From NCBI RefSeq assembly GCF_044704955.1, contig NC_091999.1, positions 26,846,001 through 26,910,000 of the forward strand: a stretch of DNA of 64,000 nucleotides, read 5' to 3'. Below, one piece after another: positions 50,801 to 63,330 of this stretch (the first letter of the stretch is position 1; each line of letters begins with the position of its first letter). This DNA comes from Pristiophorus japonicus. Its lineage: Eukaryota. A program made the translations under genes and the position numbers. Under the pieces are notes generated by a model, which was not told the DNA's origin, did no database searches, and saw only the letters and a program-made list of their open reading frames with translations.

Positions 50801-51691
50801 CGTACTCTTGATAGAAGACGCGGACGTGAGCCTTGCCCACGTCCCACCATAGCCTCAAGGAGGGGACGCCCCCCTGCTTCCTTCTCCAGTCGGCCCAGAA
50901 ACGACGGAACGAGTCCTGGAACCGCACGTCCTCCAGCAGCTGGTTGTTAAAATGCCAGTACGCGGACCCCGTCCTCGCGCGGAGCGAAGCGAGCTCTGCC
51001 CGCAGCAGGTGGTGGTCCAAACAGGGTACCTGCCGCATGGAGGCTGCCGGGACGCAGGAAACGTACGCCCAAGACAGGTAAAGGCGGTCGACTGTGGACC
51101 ATCCAACTCCAGGCCTCACCCAAGTAAAGGCGCTGGAGTCTGGGTGGAGATTTCGCCAGACGTCCACCAAGTCGAAGGACCCGACCAGGTCCCACAACTT
51201 CTCCATCGCCGTCATGCTCTGCGGGGCACCGGAGGGGTCCCTGGCCTCGAGGGTGCAGTTAAAATCCCCCCCGAGGACAATGCAGTCGCCGACGTCGACG
51301 GAGCCAAGAAGAGCGGACACCTCTTCGAAGAAGCGCGTTTGCTGCGGGCCGGGCTGAGGGTCGTACACGTTCACGAGGTGGAGCGGCACGCCCCCAGGCG
51401 AACCGTTCCGTGCAGCAAGCGGCCTGGCACGGGCTCCTCGACCCCCAAGATCTCCGGCTGAAAATGCGGGGCCAGCAAGATGGCCACCCCACTAGAAGTG
51501 GCAGTGAGGTGGCTCATGCGGACCTCTCCTTGCCATTCCAGGATCCACGTGGCTTCGTCTCCCGGAACGGTGTGGGTTTCTTGCAGGAAGCACGCTGCAT
51601 ATTTCCCCTCCTGCAGGAGCGAAAAATTGTTAAATCTACGTCGTGCCTCTCTGCTGCAGTTGATGTTGAGGCTGGCTATGGTTATCTTCAT
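47803..51691 (-). pseudogene. Tx1 ORF2 (APE endonuclease, RT, Zn finger), frameshifted
   Basis: MKITIASLNIN, FLQETH, GGDFNC, WRPVSLLSTDYKI, GVRQGCP, SAYADDV, CNFCGLEESVFHVFIEC; split across five ORFs. Confidence 0.93.
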
Positions 51692-51693
51692 GA

Positions 51694-53820
51694 CTAGAGC
51701 ATAGTGCAACCTCTACCTAACCTATTGTGGGGGGTGGGAGTGGAGTCGTTTGTTGACCTCCACTCCTTCAGCAGCCCAGTGAGGAACCTTTTGAGCCGGC
51801 GCAGCTCAAGGCCTTGCGCCTTTGATAAGGGCCCGCCCACGGCCATGGTTTTAGCGGCGGCGCGGACGGAAGCGATGAGCAGCCCCGGCTCAGACCATCT
51901 TTCTCGGGCCAGATGGGTTCGGTTGCGGCGACCCTGGCGCTGGACCAAAAAGTCCCGGAGTTCCTCGACGGGAATGAGGGGGGATTCAGCGGCGGTCACG
52001 AGGAGATCTACCGCCTCACTGGCGATGGACTCGAGATCTTCACCCGCGTCCTCCACCGAGTCCCCGTCCTCCTCCGGGAGGTCGCCGCTAGCAGCCGGCT
52101 CGTCGACCGCACGAGGTATGGCAAACGGCCCGGCCGCTCCATCTGGCCCTGGCTCTGCCCCAATCCCACCCCAGGATCGTCGGCAGAGGAGTCCCCACTG
52201 AGCTCTTTTAAAATTGGTACTGGGTCGGGAACCAACAGCGGAAGGGTTTCCTCCTCCGCCCCAGGAACCGCGGAACACGGAGAGACCTGGTCAAAGTAAT
52301 GTTCCAGGTCCTCCAAGTACCCCAGCTCCAAAGTAGGTGGCGAAGGTTGTTGTTCTTCCCCCTCCCCGCCGCCACCCCCCGGCCCAGCGTGTACAGAATC
52401 GTTAAAATTAATCCATTTTCAGTTTCTTCCGGGCCGAGCGACTCTAGGGGGCAGATAATTAATATCTGGGCGGGCTCAGGTTCGGACTGTTCGGCCCCGC
52501 CTGCCTCAGTCCCGGGGACGCTCGACTCGGCGGCTACGCATTCCACCGCTGGCCCGTCGCCCCCCTCGTCAGGCAGATCATTCACACCATCCCCGGGAGG
52601 CAGAGGCCGGGCAGCCTCGACTGCCTCACCCTCCCCGGGGACAGATTCCTCACGCCTGCAGCGCAATTTGGGGGCGCTGGTGGGGGACGCGGGACACGCG
52701 GCGGGCACCGACTCCTCCGCGGAGGGATGTTGTTCCCCCTCCGCCTCATTGGAGCGGCGCCTCCTTTTGTTCCTGGGAGGGCGTGGAGGCAGGGAGACCT
52801 CCATGTCTGCCGAGGCCTCCCGCTCCACCCACCCCCTTTTTCTTTTCTTGCCCGCGCCCGAGCGCCTCTGTGATACTGGTCAAGGGCTCAGGCACGGGCT
52901 CAGGGCATCCCGCGCTCGCCGGTGACGGGGTTGGCCCGAGCGCGGTAAACAGATTGTCTGGCGCACTGTGGGGTCCCGCCTCTAGATGTTTCGCCTTCTT
53001 CCGTGCCTTCTTTCCGGTCGGACGCTGTCCCTCCCCCCCCGCCGGAGGCCGTGAAAACAATGGCCTCCGACGATGCCCGCGCACCTACGGCTCCCGGCAC
53101 GTGGACGCTACTAGGGGGAGGTGTGGCGGCGGCGCAAGCCTTGGCCACCCTCGGTGGTTTGGCGGCTTTGGAGGCGGGGCAGTTCTTGCGAACGTGCCCC
53201 ACATCACTGCAGGCATGGCACCGCAACCCGTTCGACGTCCAGAAGACGTGGTAGGCAGTCCAATCGTGCACCACATTGAAATTGCCCTCCGTCGTCTCCT
53301 CCCGCGCCAGCCGGACAAAGAGCTGGCGGCGGAAGGAGAACACATGGCGCAGGCTGTTCTCCCTGAGGCCGAGCGGTATGGGGTTGATCCCCGACCTTAC
53401 CTCCCCCATTTGGTGTAGATGAGGGAGGAGGAGCTCAGCGGGATCAAAGGGCGGGACGTTTGAAATGATGACCCTCTGCGCGGTGGCCTCGAGAGGGTCC
53501 ACCGGCAGGAACACCCCGCCCACCATGAGCCCCTTTTCAATGGCCAGGGACATCGCCCGCTCTGACCCCAGGAAGAACACGGCCTTCCCAGACATCTTGG
53601 AGACTTCGACAATGGCCGAGGGGCCGACTACCCCAGCCATCGCCCGCACGCACTCCTCAATGCTCATTGCGGGTTTAGTGTAGCCCTTGACCCCGTGTTT
53701 TTTAGTTATCAGTCTGAATGGTGGCAGGGCAGAAGGAGGCGCAGGAGGTGCCGTGGATGTGGATGCCACCTGCGCATAAGTCCTAGCTGGCCCTGCCACC
53801 GGCGTGGATGGGGTCGCCAT
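51694..53820 (-). pseudogene. Tx1 ORF1 (gag-like RNA-binding protein), frameshifted
   Basis: KHGVK..SIEECVRAMAGVVGPSAI..SKMSGKAVFFL..ISNVPPF..CHACSDVGHVRKNCP. Confidence 0.9.
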
Positions 53821-54764
53821 CACGGGGTCCCTTTCAGGGCTACACCCACCCCAAAGTCACATGCCTTAATTGTCTTAAGTGGCCTCGTTTAAATATTTAA
53901 CAGCGGGAGCTCTGAAAGAGGCACTCCTCTCCCCTAGTTGGCATTTGGGGAGGGGCCTTGCTCCCTCTGCTCAGTTGTCTAAATTGTTCTTGTCTTTTTT
54001 TTTTCCAATTGGGAGGAAGGGCTCTCAGAGAGAGAGGGGAGAGACAGAGAGAGAGATAGAGTGAGGGGTTGTGGGAAAGAGGGAGGCTGCAAGGGCAGAT
54101 CTCCCCTCACAGTAATGGGTGGGTGCACTCCCCAGATGGCAAACAAAACAGTCTTTGGGGTTGACTTCGGGTGGGGCAGAAGATGTCTTCACCTGGGGCA
54201 GCTGGAGCCACACAGGTACACACTCCCAACGATGTTAATTAGGGTGATTTAGTTTCTTCAGCCTGGTAGCTCCAGCTATCCCAGGCTAGGCAATGGGGGA
54301 GGGGTGCTTCAGTGGTGTGTGGGCCTAGCTGTAGTCAAGACCCCCACATACACTTCCACACACACACACACCCCCCGCGATGTTCTGGCCCTCGATTGGT
54401 CATCTTTCCTCCCCCCACCGATACAACAAAGTCTTTTTGGTGAATGCACCAAAACACACCCACCTTTGGCTGAAGAAGTCTTTCCCTCCTTCCACATTGG
54501 CAAGTTGTTGTTCTTTTTCCCCCCTCTCTCCAAATCTTTGTTGAAATAATGAAGGTGTTGCAGTCTTCTGCTCTCCTCCTCTCACTCTAGATGAATGGTA
54601 ATGAAGCCCCTTCCTTCCTCCAGTTCCTGGGCTGGTCTCAGGGCTCACTCCAGGCCTTCCAGACGGGAGCTAAAGCAGGGAGTTCCTTCTCTCACAGCAG
54701 CTAGGCTCCAAGTGCATAGGCCACGCCTCCAAAGCTCCACCATTGGTCCTTGTGCATGAAACTC

Positions 54765-54951
54765 TTTTTGGGAGTAAACAAAAAACATTAAACCGTAACC
54801 TCCCCCCGATCTGGGGGAAATACCACACATTTACAGGCCCTTTTATTTTTTTGTGGTATTTTTTGGGGGGGGTTTTTGGGCACAGAAACATATTTTTTTC
54901 CAAGTGCCCCCTATAAAAGGGGAGGGGGACACTAAAAGCACCGGCAATTAA
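54765..54951 (-). mobile_element. Second Tx1 insertion, 3'UTR only, at the same target
   Basis: Diverged copy of 47627-~47780; shares CCAAGTGCCCCCTATAAAAGGGGAGGGGGACACTAAAAGCACCGGCAATTAA. Confidence 0.92.
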
Positions 54952-55648
54952 TGTTAGTTTGCAGGTGCAACAGGTAATCAGGAAGGCGAATGGAATGTTG
55001 ACCTTCATTGCCAGAGAGATGGAGTACAATAGCAGGGAGGTCCTTCTGCAACTGTATAGGGTATTGGTGAGGCCGCACCTGGAGTACTGCGTGCAGTTTT
55101 GGTCACCTTACTTAAGGAAGGATATACTAGCTTTGGAGGGGGTACAGAGACGATTCACGAGGCTGATTCAGGAGATGAGAGGGTTACCTTATGATGATAG
55201 ACTGAGTAGACTGGGTCTTTACTCGTTGAAATTCAGAAGGATGAGGGATGATCGATAGAAACATTTAAAACAATGAAAGGCATAGACAAAATAGAGGCAG
55301 AGAGGTTGTTTCCACTGGTCGGGGAGACTAGAACTAGGGGGCCCAGCCTCAAAATACGGGGGAGCCAATTTAAAACTCAGTTGAGAAGGAATTTCTTCTC
55401 CCACAGAGTTGTGAATCTGTGTAATTTACTGCAAAGGGGAGGAATTGAGGATAGCTCATTGAATGTATTCAATTCACAGAAAGATAGATTTTTAACCAAT
55501 AAGGGAGTTAAGGGTTATGGGGAGCGGGCGGGTAAGTGGAGCTGAGTCCACGGCCAGATCAGCCATGATCTTGTTGAATGGCGGAGCAGGCTCGAGATGC
55601 AAGATGCCCTACTTCTGTTACTAATTCTTATGTTCTTATGTTCTTATG
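54952..55648 (+). mobile_element. CR1 LINE, right part to the 3' tail
   Basis: Resumes at VSLQVQQVIRKANG, directly after the interrupted motif; ends in (TTCTTATG)n. Confidence 0.93.
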
Positions 55649-56011
55649 AAGGTGTCCATCAGAACAAGGGAAATGCTTTACCACTGGATTTATTGACGGT
55701 TCTGTTGGTGATTATCAATGGGATCGCTTCATGTCCCACCACACAGGAGTGAGAGGCGCCGCTCGCCCACTCCTCGGCTGCAATGGATAGCAGGCTGTAC
55801 ATGAAGAAGGAGCTGCTGCCGTTCTCCGCCATCAACTCGGTGTTCATGGAGTTGCCGGAATCCACGGGCTTGTCATTGACGGTCCATTTGATGAAGATCT
55901 CTCGGGGGGAGAAACCTCTCACTAAGCAGGTGAGGCTGACCAACCTCTGAGCAGAGACTTCTTCTGCTGAGGGCAGGAGGACAGACACGGCCGCTTCCCG
56001 CGGATCTTTCG
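55649..56011 (-). pseudogene. IGHM: IgM Cmu4 exon (55682-56011) plus disrupted secretory tail
   Basis: CTACAG acceptor; [50 protein letters not shown]; tail ISLVLMDT is out of frame and cut by CR1. Confidence 0.93.
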
Positions 56012-56929
56012 CTGTAGAACAGTTACAACAAAGGCCAATGAACTGGTTAGTTCCAGAGACAATGGGGGAATTTCAACCCAATACAGCGGGCGCATTTTGG
56101 GCGTGGTGGTTGTTAAATTGGTAAAAATTAGAATCCCTACCTCAACTCGCTCACTTCCGGTTGTAATATTATATTTCAGTAATATATTTAAATGAGACTT
56201 GAATCCTCTATTTTAACCACCATTTGGTGTTTAACAGTCGCTGGTCCGGTTTGACACACTTTGTAAATCTCAGCAGTTACAGCAAGGTGGAGATTGCTGC
56301 TCCCAGGTGGTAATTGCCCTTACACCTACCTCCTGAATCCAGGGTCCCTGCCTAACCCACCCCCCGCGATCCGCGACCTCCTCACTCGGCTTCCAATCCT
56401 CCCGTTTTCACTGGTGGCCTGTGAGATCAACGCCCACAACTCGCCTTCCTCATTTAAATTCAGCCAATTTCCGGTGGTTAGATGTGAGAGAAATGGACAC
56501 TGCGTTTAATTTTTTACGCTTTTCCTTTTCCCCTCTGTTGCCTCTCTGGTTTTCCATCCCTTATCCGAGGGAATGTAATCTTTCTCTCTGAAATCTTGAA
56601 GCATTGGACTGGAAAATGACAAAGAATTTAATGCACAGAACGATGAGATTTGGCTAACTGGTCTATGCCGGTGTTTATGATCCACACAAGCCTCCTACGA
56701 GCCCACTTCATCTAAACCTAATAATATACCCTTCTATTTTTTTCTCGCTCATGGACTTATCCAGTTTCCCCTAAAATACATAATGTCAGGTCCCAGAGTG
56801 CTGAGTTGGTGGATTTACCAACCTGAATGATCAGAGTAGCCATTAAACACTTTATATAATCAATTGGCCCTTGCACACGCATCGAAATTGTCGCAGTGTC
56901 TCAATTATTGCAACAATTTCCCCGCTCAC

Positions 56930-57237
56930 CCTTTTCCTTGTGGATGGAATCTCTGAGAGGAGTCGACATATCCTGATGGCTCACCACGCAGTAGAACCTA
57001 TCCCCACTCAGCCAGTCTTCTGTCGAGATGTTTAAGTTGCTGATCACACTGTTGGGATCCTCTCCGGGTTGGACGGCAATCTCTGATTTCAAAGTCTCGT
57101 TTTTTCGGGTCCAGGTCAGGGTGAGCCCGTAAGGAACGTCAGACACGACGTACGTTAAGGTCACCGTGGCCTCCAGTAAAACCTGTTCCAGTGACGGTGG
57201 GCGAAGAGTGATTTTTAATCGCTGCATGGGACATCCA
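56930..57237 (-). pseudogene. IGHM: IgM Cmu3 exon
   Basis: [49 protein letters not shown]; 308 nt (frameshift near 57218); first Ig Cys->Tyr. Confidence 0.92.
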
Positions 57238-58536
57238 CTGCGAAACAGGAATGAAAGTAAGGAAAAGCCGCATCTTCAGAATCAGGACACCAATAATTAG
57301 CCTTAACTCTTTCAAGGGGAATAACTCACTTTTGAGATATCAACCTCTCGCTATTGCTTGAACACTTTCGTTATGGAAGGGCAATGAATTGGCAACGATT
57401 CTGGGAGGTCTGTAATATTTCCTGTGTATTTGAGCCAGAGCCACCTGTAATGGGCTGTGAAGCAAATACCTGGCCTACAATGGGAATACATTGGGACACA
57501 ATTGTGATAGGCACTGAATGGCGCTCTCCCTGCAATCCCTTGCTCCTTTACGCCCGTCTATAGATTCTTGCACCCAAACGCATCTCCACTGCGTATAATA
57601 GCTGATGCCCGATAATCCCCAAGTTCAAGAGGTCGACACCAGCATTATACTGGTTCAAAACCAGTGTCAAATTAATTGCAGGATTTATGGGACAACAGGA
57701 AACAAAGTTAAGTTTCTAGTCTTTTGCTGCTATTTTTGTTGCGATGAAAATGTGCAGGAACCAGTCACATCCCACGTCAGAGGAGAAGTGCAAGGTCCGG
57801 AGAATGGAGTTGCAAGGAATCTTTTGTGGTGGGGCATCATTTGTAATGAGGTGAGGTAGTTTGTTAATATCTGTAATTACTGAACATTTATCATGTCTGG
57901 TGAGAGAGATTCAGAAAGCACTATGACCTCAGGGCATTAATATCAACATAGGAATAGGAGAAGGCCATTCAGCCCATCCATCCTGTCCCGCCATCCAGTT
58001 AGATCATGGCTGATCAACACTCAACACCATCTTCACGCCTTGGCTATGTAACCCATGATAACCTTGCCGAACAAAAATCTATCAATCTCAGTTTTCAACT
58101 TTTCAATAGAAAGCAAGTGTCAGCAGCTTTTGGGGAGGGAAATCCCGACTTGCACTATTCTTCCTTTGAGAAATTCCTTTCTGACATCACCTGTGCACGG
58201 CCTAACTCTAATGTTAAGGTTCTGCTACTTGTTCTGGACTCTCCCATCAAACTAAATCAATGTTTCTATATCAACTCGATCAATTCCATTTATCAACTTA
58301 AACACGTCAATTGGATCATCTCTTAACGTTCCATACTCGCCACCTGATCATTTTACATTATTAGCCCCGGTATAATTCGGGTAAACATGCAGTTTAGCAC
58401 CTCCACGTATATCCTTCCTCAGGTGCAGAGCCCAGAATTGGGCTCAGTACTCTGAATAGGGTAGATGCCCATTCTTGCAGTGGGTTCCTGGACAGTTAGC
58501 AGTAAAGGATTCCAGACTCCTATTGCCGTTGCGTAT

Positions 58537-61500
58537 ATAGAAACATAGAAACATAGAAAATAGGTGCAGGAGTAGGCCATTCGGCCCTTCTAGCCTGCAC
58601 CGCCATTCAATGAGTTCATGGCTGAACATTCAACGTCAGTACCCCATTCCTGCTTTCTCGCCATACCCCTTGATCCCCCTAGCAGTAAGGACCTCATCTA
58701 ACTCCTTTTTGAATATATTTAGTGAATTGGCCTCAACAACTTTCTGTGGTAGAGAATTCCACAGGTTCACCACTCTCTGGGTGAAGAAGTTCCTCCGCAT
58801 CTCGGTCCTAAATGGCTTACCCCTTATCCTTAGACTGTGACCCCTGGTTCTGGACTTCCCCAACATTGGGAACATTCTTCCTGCATCTAACCTGTCTAAC
58901 CCCGTCAGAATTTTATATGTTTCTATGAGGTCCCCTCTCATTCTTCTGAACTCCAGTGAATACAAGCCCAGTTGATCCAGTCTTTCTTGATAGGTCAGTC
59001 CCGCCATCCCGGGAATCAGTCTGGTGAACCTTCGCTGCACTCCCTCAATAGCAAGAATGTCCTTCCTCAGGTTAGGAGACCAAAACTGTACACAATACTC
59101 CAGGTGTGGCCTCACCAATGCCCTGTACAACTGTAGCAACACCTCCCTGCCCCTGTACTCAAATCCCCTTGCTATGAAGGCCAACATGCCATTTGCTTTC
59201 TTAACCGCCTGCTGCACCTGCATGCCAACCTTCAATGACTGATGTACCATGACACCCAGGTCTCTTTGCACCTCCCCTTTTCCTAATCTGTCACCATTCA
59301 GATAATAGTCTGTCTCTCTGTTTTTACCACCAAAGTGGATAACCTCACATTTATCCACATTATACTTCATCTGCCATGCATTTGCCCATTCACCTAACCT
59401 ATCCAAGTCGCTCTGCAGCCTCACAGCATCCTCCTCGCAGCTCACACTGCCACCCAACTTAGTGTCATCCGCAAACTTGGAGATACTACACTCAATCCCC
59501 TCATCTAAATCATTAATCTACAGTGTAAACAGCTGGGGCCCCAGCACAGAACCCTGCGGTACCCCACTAGTCACTGCCTGCCATTCTGAAAAGTACCCAT
59601 TTACTCCTACTCTTTGCTTCCTGTCTGACAACCAGTTCTCAATCCATGTCAGTACACTACCCCCAATCCCATGTGCTCTAACTTTGCACATCAATCTCTT
59701 GTGTGGGACCTTGTCGAACGCCTTCTGAAAGTCCAAATATACCACATCAACTGGTTCTCCCTTATCCACTCTACTGGAAACATCCTCAAAAAATTCCAGA
59801 AGATTTGTCAAGCATGATTTCCCTTTCACAAATCCATGCTGACTTGGACCTATCATGTCACCTCTTTCCAAATGCACTGCTATGACATCCTTAATAATTG
59901 ATTCCATCATTTTACCCACTACCGATGTCAGGCTGACCGGTCTATAATTCCCTGTTTTCTCTCTCCCTCCTTTTTTAAAAAGTGGGGTTACATTGGCTAC
60001 CCTCCACTCCATAGGAACTGATCCAGAGTCAATGGAATGTTGGAAAATGACTGTCAACACATCCACTATTTCCAAGGCCACCTCCTTAAGTACTCTGGGA
60101 TGCAGTCCATCAGGCCCTGGGGATTTATCGGCCTTCAATCCCATCAATTTCCCCAACACAATTTCCCGGCTAATAAGGATTTCCCTCAGTTCCTCCTCCT
60201 TACTAGACCCCCCGACCCCTTTTATAACCGGAAGGTTGTTCGTGTCCTCCTTCGTGAATACCGAACCAAAGTACTTGTTCAATTGGTCCGCCATTTCTTT
60301 GTTCCCCGTTATGACTTCCCCTGATTCTGACTGCAGGGGACCTACGTTTGTCTTTACTAACCTTTTTCTCTTTACATATCTATAGAAACTTTTGCAATCC
60401 GTCTTAATGTTCCCTGCAAGCTTCTTCTCATACTCCATTTTCCCTGCCCTAATCAAACCCTTTGTCCTCCTCTGCTGAGTTCTAAATTTCTCCCAGTCCC
60501 CAGGTTCGCTGCTATTTCTGGCCAATTTGTATGCCACTTCCTTGGCTTTAATACTATCCCTGATTTCCCTTGATAGCCACGGTTGAGCCACCTTCCCTTT
60601 TTTATTTCTATGCCAGACAGGAATGTACAATTGTTGTAGTTCATCCATGCGGTCTCTAAATGTCTGCCATTGCCCATCCACAGTCAACCCCTTAAGTATC
60701 ATTCGCCAATCCATCTCAGCCAATTCACGCCTCATACCTTCAAAGTTAGCCTTCTTTAAGTTCTGGACCATGGTCTCTGAATTAACTGTTTCATTCTCCA
60801 TCCTAATGCAGAATTCCACCATATTATGGTCACTCTTCCCCAAGGGGCCTCGCACAACGAGATTGCTAATTAATCCTTTCTCATTACATAACACCCAGTC
60901 TAAGATGGCCTCCCCCCTAGTTGGTTCCTCGACATATTGGTCTAAAAAACCATCCCTTATGCACTCCAGAAAATCCTCCTCCACCGTATTGCTTCCAGTT
61001 TGGTTAGCCCAATCTATGTGCATATTAAAGTCACCCATTATAACTGCTGCACCTTTATTGCACGCACCCCTAATTTCCTGTTTGATGCCCTCCCCAACAT
61101 CACTACTACTGTTTGGAGGTCTGTACACAACTCCCACTAACGTTTTTTGCCCTTTGGTGTTCTGCAGCTCTACCCATATAGATTCCACATCATCCAAGCT
61201 AATGTCCTTCCTAACTATTGCCTTAATCTCCTCCTTAACCAGCAATGCTACCCCACCTCCTTTTCCTTTTATTCTATCCTTCCTGAATGTTGAATACCCC
61301 TGGATGTTGAGTTCCCAGCCCTGCTCATCCTGGAGCCACGTCTCCGTAATCCCAATCACATCATATTTGTTAACATCTATTTGCACAGTTAATTCATCCA
61401 CCTTATTGCGGATACTCCTTGCATTAAGACACAAAGCCTTTAGGCTTGTTTTTTTAACACCCTCTGTCCTTTTAGAATTTTGCTGTACAATGGCCCTTTT

Positions 61501-61918
61501 TGTTCTTTGCCTTGGGTTTCTCTGCCCTCCACTTTTCCTCATCTCCTTTCTGTCTTTTGTTTTTGCCTCCTTTTTGTTTCCCTCTATCTCCCTGCATTGG
61601 TTCCCATCCCCCTGCCATATTAGTTTAACTCCTCCCCAACAGCACTAGCAAACACTCCCCCGAGGACATTGGTTCCGATTCTGCCCAGGTGCAGACCGTC
61701 CGGATTGTACTGGTCCCACCTCCCCCAGAACCGGTTCCAATGCCCCAGTAATTTGAATCCCTCCCTGCTGCACCATTGCTCAAGCCACGTATTCATCTGA
61801 GCTATCCTGCGATTCCTACTCTGACTAGCACGTGGCACTGGTAGCAATCCCGAGATTACTACTTTTGAGGTCCTACTTTTTAATTTAGCTCCTAGCTCCT
61901 TAAATTCATTTCGTAGGA
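58537..61918 (-). mobile_element. Young CR1 LINE in the Cmu2-Cmu3 intron; ORF2 broken by one nonsense codon; 5'-truncated in ORF1
   Basis: ORFs 59518-61542 and 58636-59457 are in the same frame, separated by TAG in FTL*INDLD; (TTTCTATG)n tail. Confidence 0.96.
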
Positions 61919-62024
61919 ATGATCAGCCAACTCAGGATATACCTTAGACTAAGGACACGTCACTCACTGCCTGACACCAGAGCAAGGGGAAAACTTCTTT
62001 GGCGAGGTTAATAAATCCTGAGCA

Positions 62025-62455
62025 ATGAGGAATCCTGAACCAGAAGATCGTGGGTTGAAGTCCCACTCCAGATATTTGATCACAATATGTAAGCAGAGTC
62101 TCTCAGTGCAGTGCTGGGGGCCTGGTGCATTGTCGGAGGTGCCGTATTTCGGATCATGTGTTAAACCAAGAATCCATCTAGCCTCTCAGGTGGAGGTAAA
62201 AGTTCCCCTGGAATTATTTCAATGAAAAGCAGAGGAGTTCTCCCTTGTGGCCTGTGAATATTAATCCCTCAAGAAATAACACTAAACAAAAAAAATGGTC
62301 GTTATCACACTGCTGTTTGTGGGAGCTTGCTGTGCACTAGGTGACTGCCGCACTTTGTACATTACAACTGTGACCACATTTCACAACTTAATTCATTGCC
62401 TGGCAAGCGCTTTGGTTCAGTCTGTGGTCGCTGAAGGCGCTGTATAAAGTCAAAA
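62025..62455 (+). mobile_element. DeuSINE (SacSINE1-like), near full length
   Basis: B-box-like GGGTTGAAGTCCC, Deu core (TCGGAGGTGCCG..CTCAGGTGGA..GCTGTTTGTGGGAGCTTGCTGTGC), L2-like tail AAGGCGCTGTATAAA. Confidence 0.8.
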
Positions 62456-62589
62456 TTGTATCGCAAGAATACACAAACTGCATGATTGGGAATTAGGAAT
62501 ATTCCTCTGTTTCTACTAATTTCAATCAAAGTCCTGACTGAGATCAGCGCTCAGAATGGTCTGGAACCTCCCTGGATTGTGCCTCTTAC

Positions 62590-62910
62590 CCTGAGATCTG
62601 CTGAAGTTACGGCTTTGTGTGCCCCCTTCATGAGTGACTTGGCAGGTGTAGACCGAGCCGGTGAACCATTCCCTGGCGGGGAGTGTCAGCCGACTGGCCG
62701 TCAAAACGTTTCCGTTCATCTCAAAGGCGGGAGAGGTGATGAAGCCCGAATCCAGGAGTTGTCCACTCTTCAGCCAATTCATGGTCAGTGACTTTGGCCT
62801 TAATTCGATGATTGAACACATGGCGCTTGCATATCTGCTGCTGATGATTTGTTCAGTGGAACATGGCAAGAGGAGAACAATTGGAGGAACAATGATCCGT
62901 TCACGACGTT
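62590..62910 (-). pseudogene. IGHM: IgM Cmu2 exon
   Basis: CSIIELRPKSLTMNWLK..SGFITSP..SRLTLPAREWF..YTCQVTH..QSRN; donor G|GTAAGA; expected acceptor reads TG. Confidence 0.9.
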
Positions 62911-63034
62911 CACGAGAAGGCATTTTATTGACATTGCTTGCAAAATAAATGAGTAAGAAATGCAAAGTGTCCTTATATTTTAACAAGTTCTTTGCTGTCA
63001 GATTCACACCAACCTGGCATTTGCAGAGAGCAAA

Positions 63035-63330
63035 ATTGTGCACAGTATACTCAGTGTAATATGCAGACCAGAACTGTGCATAATATTCTAAGTGCGATAT
63101 GGGGATCAGAACCATGCACAGTATTCTAAGTGTGATATGGAGACCAGAGCTGTGCATACTATTCTAAGTACGATATGGAGACCAGAACTTTACACAGTAT
63201 TCTAAGTATGAGATGGAAACCAGAATTGTAAACAATATTCTAAATGTGATAAGGAAACTAGAACTGTGCACAGTATTCTAAGTATTATATGGAGACCAGA
63301 ACTATGCACAGTACTCTAAGTGTTGTCTAA
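63035..63330. repeat. 38-bp minisatellite derived from CR1 RT sequence
   Basis: Unit GAGACCAGAACTGTGCACAGTATTCTAAGTGTGATATG, ~7-8 copies; reverse strand encodes HLEY.AQFWS. Confidence 0.8.

Larger units (their letters stand above)
47627..54744 (-). mobile_element. Apparently full-length Tx1-clade (L1 group) non-LTR retrotransposon, ~7.1 kb
   Basis: ORF1 with CCHC knuckle, ORF2 APE-RT-CCHC, short A tail; flanked by the direct repeat GGTCCTTGTGCATGAAACTC (47607-47626 and 54745-54764). Confidence 0.95.

Noticed and set aside
60623-61648. 341-aa + strand ORF and similar antisense ORFs over CR1 and Tx1
   Set aside because: Antisense shadows of retrotransposon ORFs.
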